From Candidatus Caldarchaeum sp. (GTDB lineage Archaea > Thermoproteota > Nitrososphaeria_A > Caldarchaeales > Caldarchaeaceae), in NCBI GenBank assembly GCA_038844785.1, contig JAWBRA010000003.1, positions 25,383 to 89,382 on the forward strand: DNA of 64,000 bases, written 5' to 3'. Below, in pieces: positions 58,608 to 64,000 of this stretch (positions are counted from its first letter, which is position 1; each line of letters starts with the position of its first letter). Below the pieces are notes generated by a model, which ran no database searches, was not told where the DNA came from, and saw only the letters and a list, made by a program, of their open reading frames with translations. A program made the translations under genes and the position numbers.

Positions 58608-60620
58608 ATGGATGGGTTGGTTTCAGTTACGCCCATAGCTATCTCAGGCCTTGCTTTCATTGTGGCGTTAGCTTTCGCTGCATGGCTCAGGTCGAAGCCA
58701 GCGGGTGATGAAAAGGTCCGAAATATCTCTACAGCCGTTAAAGAGGGTAGCAAGGCCTTTCTCCGTAAAGAGCTTAACTACATCGCGTCAGCAGGTGCTT
58801 TGATAGCCTTGTTTCTGTCGATTCTGATAGGGCCTGTGGCGGCAGTCTCGTTCGTTGTGGGCGCGGTTTTGTCTGTTGTAGCTGCGGCGGTTGCGGTTCT
58901 GTCATGCGTCTCAGCCGCTCCGAGGGCTGCGGCCGCCACCTTCAAATCCTTGGGACAGACTTTTCTAACCGCTTTTCGTGGAGGAGCTACCGCAGGCCTT
59001 GTTATCTCGGCAATGGCCTTGACGGCCATCTCATCGCTCTACTTGATTTTCAGAGATCCGTTGTCCATAGCTGGAGCGGGTTTCGGCGCAAGCCTCGTAG
59101 CTCTCTTCATCAGGGCTGGCGGAGGAATCTACACGAAGGCAGCTGACCTTGGGGCTGACCTGGTGGGAAAGGTTGAGGCGGGAATCCCCGAAGACGACCC
59201 ACGCAACCCGGCTACCATAGCTGACAACGTAGGGGACAACGTTGGAGATGCGGCTGGGATGGGAGCTGACGTATACGAGTCATACGTGGTTACGCTTCTG
59301 GCTTCCATGCTTATCGGCTCCCTCATCGGCCGCGGTGAGTTCGTTGTTTTTCCGTTGATGCTGGCCGCATCAGGTTTGTTGGGCTCTGTGGCAGGGGTCT
59401 TGAGTGTTTCTCCAGGGCTTGCTGAAAAGCCACCGACTTCTCTGAATGTATCTTTCATAGTGGCCTCTATAGCAACCATCGTGCTGGGGGCCTACGCAGC
59501 CTCAGCGGTTGTTGAAGGAAGCTTCTTCGGCCCTATACTTGTCTCCCTTGTTTTGGGAGCTGCTTTAGCCCCTATAATACAGCGTGTAACCGATTACTAC
59601 ACCAGCTACCGCTACAGCCCCACTAAAAAAGTTGCCGAAGCCACGAAAATCGGCTTCAGCGCTAACATACTCGAAGGCGTCAGCCTCGGTCTAAAATCTA
59701 ACCTCCCCTTCGCCATCGCGTTGGTGGCTGCACTCCTGCTCAGCTACTACATTGGATATCTCTCATCAGGCCAGCATCTATTCGGAGTTTACTGCACAGC
59801 CTTGACTACGATGGCTATGCTGAGCCTCTCGGGGATTGTTCTGTCCATCGACAGCTTTGGCCCAGTAAGCGACAACGCGGGCGGTATAGTCGAGATGTCG
59901 GGTATGGGTGAGGAGAACAGGAAGCTTACCGACAGCCTTGACGCCATAGGCAACACCACGAAAGCAACAACGAAAGGTTTTGCGATAGCGAGCGCCGGCT
60001 TAGCGGCCATAGCCATGCTACAAGCTTTCCAGTACGAGGCTGAGAAGGTTTTGGGCGCAGGTGTCTACAGCCTATCCAACCCGGCTGTCATCGTAGGTCT
60101 TCTCGTAGGCGGCCTTCTTCCATTCTACGTGAGCAGCAGGCTGATATCCGCCGTTGGTGCGACGGCTTCGAAGATAGTTGAGGAGGTCAGGTATCAGTTT
60201 AGGACTGTGCAAGGGATTTTGGAGGGGGTAGCCAAACCCGACTACGGCAGAGTTGTTTCGATAGCCACCGCAGGGGCTGTGAGAGAGTTGGTAACCCCAG
60301 CGGCTATAGTTGTTTTGACTCCGATTGTAGTCGGCGTTCTCCTCGGGCCCGAGGCTGTTGCAGGTGTTTTGACAGGTGGTGTTGTAAGCGGCCTCTACCT
60401 GGCATACCACATGGCGAACAGCGGAGCAGCATGGGACAACGCCAAGAAATACCTCGAATACCTAGGGCGTAAGAAGACCCCTGAGCATGTTGTCGCCGTG
60501 GCCGGCGACCTCGTAGGAGACCCTTACAAAGACACGGCTGGGCCTTCGCTCAACACAGTAATCAAAGTCCTCAACACAGTGGCCATAGTTTTCGTCCCAG
60601 CGTTCGTCGGACTACTCTAG
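58608..60620 (+). CDS. hppA: Membrane H+-translocating pyrophosphatase, probably K+-independent
   Basis: DLGADLVGKVE, EDDPRN, DNVGDNVGD; GNTTKA has Lys at the K+-determinant position. Confidence 0.95.
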   Translation: MDGLVSVTPIAISGLAFIVALAFAAWLRSKPAGDEKVRNISTAVKEGSKAFLRKELNYIASAGALIALFLSILIGPVAAVSFVVGAVLSVVAAAVAVLSCVSAAPRAAAATFKSLGQTFLTAFRGGATAGLVISAMALTAISSLYLIFRDPLSIAGAGFGASLVALFIRAGGGIYTKAADLGADLVGKVEAGIPEDDPRNPATIADNVGDNVGDAAGMGADVYESYVVTLLASMLIGSLIGRGEFVVFPLMLAASGLLGSVAGVLSVSPGLAEKPPTSLNVSFIVASIATIVLGAYAASAVVEGSFFGPILVSLVLGAALAPIIQRVTDYYTSYRYSPTKKVAEATKIGFSANILEGVSLGLKSNLPFAIALVAALLLSYYIGYLSSGQHLFGVYCTALTTMAMLSLSGIVLSIDSFGPVSDNAGGIVEMSGMGEENRKLTDSLDAIGNTTKATTKGFAIASAGLAAIAMLQAFQYEAEKVLGAGVYSLSNPAVIVGLLVGGLLPFYVSSRLISAVGATASKIVEEVRYQFRTVQGILEGVAKPDYGRVVSIATAGAVRELVTPAAIVVLTPIVVGVLLGPEAVAGVLTGGVVSGLYLAYHMANSGAAWDNAKKYLEYLGRKKTPEHVVAVAGDLVGDPYKDTAGPSLNTVIKVLNTVAIVFVPAFVGLL

Positions 60621-60685
60621 CCCGCAGAGATTATTACACAGGCGTCACATGTATTTAGGGGGTGCTGAGCTCTTAGAGCAGAATG

Positions 60686-60844
60686 GACAGCGGGTAAGAA
60701 GCATGATGACGGCTGGGCAATAGTGCAGCAAACGCGTTACAGCGATTCCGAAGGCAGTGCACAGTTTCCATCCTGACACCCAGACGTTGTCAGATGACGG
60801 GCCTCCAGCCAAACTCTCCCCTCCATTTTTCCTCTCAAACATAT
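60686..60844 (+). ncRNA. Putative structured guide RNA (copy B, orphan, 5'-truncated)
   Basis: Roughly 75-80% identical to 2188-2341(-) by manual alignment; second 9-mer TCCGAAGGC is antisense to the adjacent tRNA-Arg anticodon loop. Confidence 0.75.
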
Positions 60845-60868
60845 ATATGGGAAAACGTTGTTCTTCAT

Positions 60869-60972
60869 GGGCCCGTAGCTCAGCATGGACAGAGAAGATA
60901 TTATCTAGTTAATATCTCTGCAGCGTCGGCCTTCGGAGCCGGAGGCCGTGGGTTCAAGTCCCACCGGGCCCG
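60869..60972 (+). tRNA. tRNA-Arg(UCG) with a 29-nt intron at 24/25 (60895-60923)
   Basis: Removing the intron gives a 75-nt cloverleaf, TCGGC-CTTCGGA-GCCGG, A20, discriminator G. Confidence 0.93.
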
Positions 60973-60976
60973 AACA

Positions 60977-61432
60977 TCATCTAACAGGCTTTAGCAGCTC
61001 GCGAGCCATCTCCAATCTTTTTTTCAAAATCGGTTCAAGATTTTTACTGCCCTTAAGCCTTCCGGCTAGCTTGTTCCTCTTCGGCCTGCTAACCCTAAGA
61101 AACAGCGTTTCTAACGCCGAGATATGTTTCAAGCATTTGCAAATGTACATGCTGAATGTTTTCCATTTGTTTTTGTGTCTATCCTTCAAATGATGTTGAA
61201 GTCTTTTGATTATGTTCTTTCTCGCTATGCCCAGATAGTACAGGTTGCCTTTCTCGTCATCGAGACCGTAGACTCCTATCATAGGAAATTTCACCTCTTC
61301 TTCAACGATCTCCAAAAACCTGTCGTCTTTAAGCAATCCTCTTTTCCGCTTTTCAAAATGGTAGAGGACAAGCTTCGCCTTTATTCTCTTTTTCCATCTC
61401 CTTTCCTTCTTTTCGTTACACATGTTACGCAA
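60977..61432 (-). CDS. GIY-YIG nuclease-like protein
   Basis: GVYGL..LYYLGIA..KRLQHH..LE..N; AT-rich. Confidence 0.7.
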   Translation of the reverse strand: MRNMCNEKKERRWKKRIKAKLVLYHFEKRKRGLLKDDRFLEIVEEEVKFPMIGVYGLDDEKGNLYYLGIARKNIIKRLQHHLKDRHKNKWKTFSMYICKCLKHISALETLFLRVSRPKRNKLAGRLKGSKNLEPILKKRLEMARELLKPVR

Positions 61433-61455
61433 ATCACGTCATCGTATTTGAATTT

Positions 61456-61740
61456 TCAAAGTATTATGCGAAATCCTCGTAATGGACCGGGTTCCTGTGT
61501 TTTCTCCACCGTTACCCTCTGAACTTTAGCCAACGGCGGTCCTCTGTGACACCATTCGACGAGCTTTTTCACCTTCTCCTCTTCGCCCACTACTAGGGCT
61601 TCAACGCTTCCATCCTCGACATTCCTAACCCAGCCGTCAACACCCAGCTCGTCAGCGACCTCCTTCATCGAAGACCTGAAGAAAACTCCTTGAACTCTTC
61701 CGTAAACCCTTACGCGCACCGCAACCCGGGGCATGGACAT
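61456..61740 (-). CDS. acyP: Acylphosphatase
   Basis: GRVQGVFFR, GWVRN, GPPLAKV. Confidence 0.95.
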   Translation of the reverse strand: MSMPRVAVRVRVYGRVQGVFFRSSMKEVADELGVDGWVRNVEDGSVEALVVGEEEKVKKLVEWCHRGPPLAKVQRVTVEKTQEPGPLRGFRIIL

Positions 61741-61776
61741 AGGTTTAAACCTTCATAAAATAACTTTAACCGTCAG

Positions 61777-62922
61777 ATGCGTTTCGACGTCGCCGTAGTG
61801 GGTGCAGGGCCGGCTGGCCTTATAGCCGCAAGAGAAACCTCTAGAAGAGGCGTAAAGACGGCTGTCTTCGAGGAAGACCAGGTCGTGGGGAGGCCTGAGA
61901 AATGTGCAGGCCTCTACAGCATCGAGGGGCTCAAAGGCTTAGGCATACCTGTTGAAGGCCCATACCTCCAGAACAAGGTGAGGGGTGCAGTTTTTGTCTC
62001 GCCTTCCGGAAGGATTTTTGAAGTTGATGCAGGGCATGATGTTGCCGTGGTATGCAACCGCGAGAGGTTTGACCAGTTCCTCGCAGAACAAGCCCTAAGC
62101 GCCGGTGCCGAACTCTTCCTCGAAGAGCGTGTTGTCGAGGCAAAAGTGGTAAACGGCGAGGCGAGAACGAAGACCAAAAACGTTGAAGTAGCCTCCCGCT
62201 ATCTGATCGTAGCTGAGGGAAGGACCGCAGCAACAGCCAGACAGGTCTTTCCCAACTACCAGCTAAACGGCTGGCTTCCCATAGTCCAGTACCAGATTTC
62301 CAACCACCAGCAAGACCCGGAAATGGTTTATCTTTACTTTAGACGTTACATACCCGAGTTTTTCGGGTATCTTGTCCCCGTCGACGAACGGGTGGGCAAG
62401 CTTGGAGTGGCGGCAAGCAAAAACACCGACAAACTTGCTGCAAAGCTTCTCTCAGAACTCTTCCCCCACGCAAAGCTGTTGGGTGTTTCGTCGTCGTCGA
62501 TTTACTTGGGGAAACCATTGCAACATCCTCTCAAAGGGCCTGCCATGCTGGTGGGCGATGTAGCCGGGCAGACAAAAGCCACCACAGGCGGTGGAGTCAT
62601 AATGGGTGGGTTCGCAGCCATAGCTGCAGCAAAACATGCCGCGGGAGAGGGGCGGTATCAAGACTATCTAAAGCCCGTGTTGAGAGAGCTGAACAGAACC
62701 TACCTTCTCAGGAGTCTTACGGCAAAGCTTTCACCCAAAATGCTCGACATACTGTTCCAAGCCGTGAAGGAAAGCGGGTTAGAGAACATTCTGGGAAAGG
62801 TGGGCGACATGGACAAGCATATGCCCACAGTTGCGAAAGCCCTTCTCACACCTTCAGCCTTCAAGCTATGGGCTTATCTGTTCTCGGCTTTTCTTCCTGT
62901 AGCTGGCCTCAAGCTTAAATAA
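61777..62922 (+). CDS. Geranylgeranyl reductase family protein
   Basis: GAGPAG, PEKCAG, RERFDQFL, GDVAGQTKATTGGG. Confidence 0.88.
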   Translation: MRFDVAVVGAGPAGLIAARETSRRGVKTAVFEEDQVVGRPEKCAGLYSIEGLKGLGIPVEGPYLQNKVRGAVFVSPSGRIFEVDAGHDVAVVCNRERFDQFLAEQALSAGAELFLEERVVEAKVVNGEARTKTKNVEVASRYLIVAEGRTAATARQVFPNYQLNGWLPIVQYQISNHQQDPEMVYLYFRRYIPEFFGYLVPVDERVGKLGVAASKNTDKLAAKLLSELFPHAKLLGVSSSSIYLGKPLQHPLKGPAMLVGDVAGQTKATTGGGVIMGGFAAIAAAKHAAGEGRYQDYLKPVLRELNRTYLLRSLTAKLSPKMLDILFQAVKESGLENILGKVGDMDKHMPTVAKALLTPSAFKLWAYLFSAFLPVAGLKLK

Positions 62923-62949
62923 GCCACACTAAGACTATACCGTGCAACG

Positions 62950-63129
62950 ATGGCCGCCCAAGTTAAACTGCCGGTATGCACTTGGTGCCACAGGACGATA
63001 AGCCCATCCGAGTCAGCTGTCTCCTTCCCATGCCCCAACTGCGGAAAGTCGACGATATGGCGGTGTGAAGTCTGCAGAGAGCTGGCGAAACCCTACGTAT
63101 GTCCCACATGTTTCTTCAAAGGCCCATAA
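62950..63129 (+). CDS. Small zinc-finger protein (DUF1610/HVO_2753 family), missing from the ORF track
   Basis: Manual translation ..CTWC..FPCPNCG..IWRCEVCR..YVCPTCFFKGP. Confidence 0.88.
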   Translation: MAAQVKLPVCTWCHRTISPSESAVSFPCPNCGKSTIWRCEVCRELAKPYVCPTCFFKGP

Positions 63130-63138
63130 CCGCAACAG

Positions 63139-63148
63139 GTTTATAAGA
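63139..63148 (+). promoter_or_regulatory. Probable TATA box for the 23S rRNA gene
   Basis: GTTTATAAGA upstream of a hairpin-rich leader. Confidence 0.6.
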
Positions 63149-63289
63149 AACCAAAAGATAAATGATACTGCCTTTAATGAAGGCATCCATCCATGGATGG
63201 ATGCCCGAAGCGGTAGAAGCTCACAACTTCGATGACCGCGTCCAAAGGGTTTGGATGCGTCGCCAACTGGACGGCAGACGCCTTAGGTC

Positions 63290-64000
63290 AGACTACGCCA
63301 GCCGGTGGATAACTCGGCTTGGGGGCCGACGAAGGGCGCGGCAAGCTGCGATAAGCCCCGGGTAGCCGCATGCAGGCGTTGATCCGGGGATTCCCGAATG
63401 GGATTTCCCGGCGTCCAACGCTTCGGCGTTGGACGTCACTCCACTGCTTGAAGCGGTGGAGGGGGAACCGGCCGAACGGAAGCATCCAAGTAGGCCGAGG
63501 AAAAGAAATCAAAACGAGACTCCCCGAGTAACGGCGAGTGAAAGGGGACCAGGCCAAACCAAACCCGTGCGGGAAACCGTACGGGGATGTGGGGTGTGGG
63601 CCAGCCGCCCTCCTGCGCCCAGCGACCCGAAGCGACCTGGAAAGGTCCGCCATAGAGGGTGACAGCCCCGTAGGGGAAGCTGGGAGTGGAGATGGGCTGG
63701 TACCCGAGTACCGCACCTCGGATATGGTGCGGGAATAAGGGAGCCACTGGCTTCCAAGCCTAAGTACCTCCCAAGACCGATAGCGCAGCAGTACCGTGAG
63801 GGAAAGTTGAAAACTACCCCGGAAGGGGGGTGAAAAGCGGTTGAAACCGGCTGGTAACGGACGAGGGCGGCGCATAAGGTACTCCGTCCGAACACGCCGC
63901 GTAGGCGTGGAGGGCGGATTATCCGGCGTCGCCCGCTCCGTCTTGAAACACGGGCCGGGGAGTTCACCGTCGTGGCGAGCTTAACCGCGTCAAGCGGGTA
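63290..64000 (+). rRNA. rrl: 23S rRNA, 5' part (5' end approximate; continues beyond the window)
   Basis: CCGGTGGAT..GCTGCGATAAGC, GAAAAGAAATCAA, AGTACCGTGAGGGAAAG, CCGTCTTGAAACACGG. Confidence 0.97.

Noticed and set aside
2051-60972. The two similar tRNA loci as att sites of one integrated element
   Set aside because: They are in opposite orientation, both complete, and the intervening DNA is core housekeeping genes with no integrase
63162-63967. ORFs in the track overlapping the window end
   Set aside because: They lie within the 23S rRNA gene or its leader

Overview
Archaeal chromosome segment, most likely Caldarchaeales/'Aigarchaeota'-like Thermoproteota (inferred from L14e/L34e, a cbf5 intron, D-arm tRNA introns and an unlinked 23S gene). 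Most of it is housekeeping: the L22-to-cbf5 ribosomal superoperon, RNase P subunits, KEOPS, aIF5B with a mini-intein, aIF2-gamma, RNAP subunits, gltX, mevalonate-pathway genes, a purine/pyrimidine-catabolism molybdoenzyme cluster, an H+-PPase and the start of a 23S rRNA gene. The standout is a ~155-nt structured non-coding element present twice (2188-2341 minus; 60686-60844 plus), each time directly upstream of a tRNA gene carrying a related intron at position 24/25. Each copy folds into a long stem with a symmetric AT-N9-AR internal loop. The second 9-mer is antisense to positions 30-38 (anticodon loop) of the adjacent tRNA: 9/9 for tRNA-Arg(UCG), 8/9 for tRNA-Ile2(CAU). The first copy follows a decayed IS110/TasR-like RuvC-Nop gene. 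This suggests an RNA-guided, tRNA-gene-targeting system, possibly driving tRNA-intron homing. All calls come from reading motifs by eye; no database searches were run.
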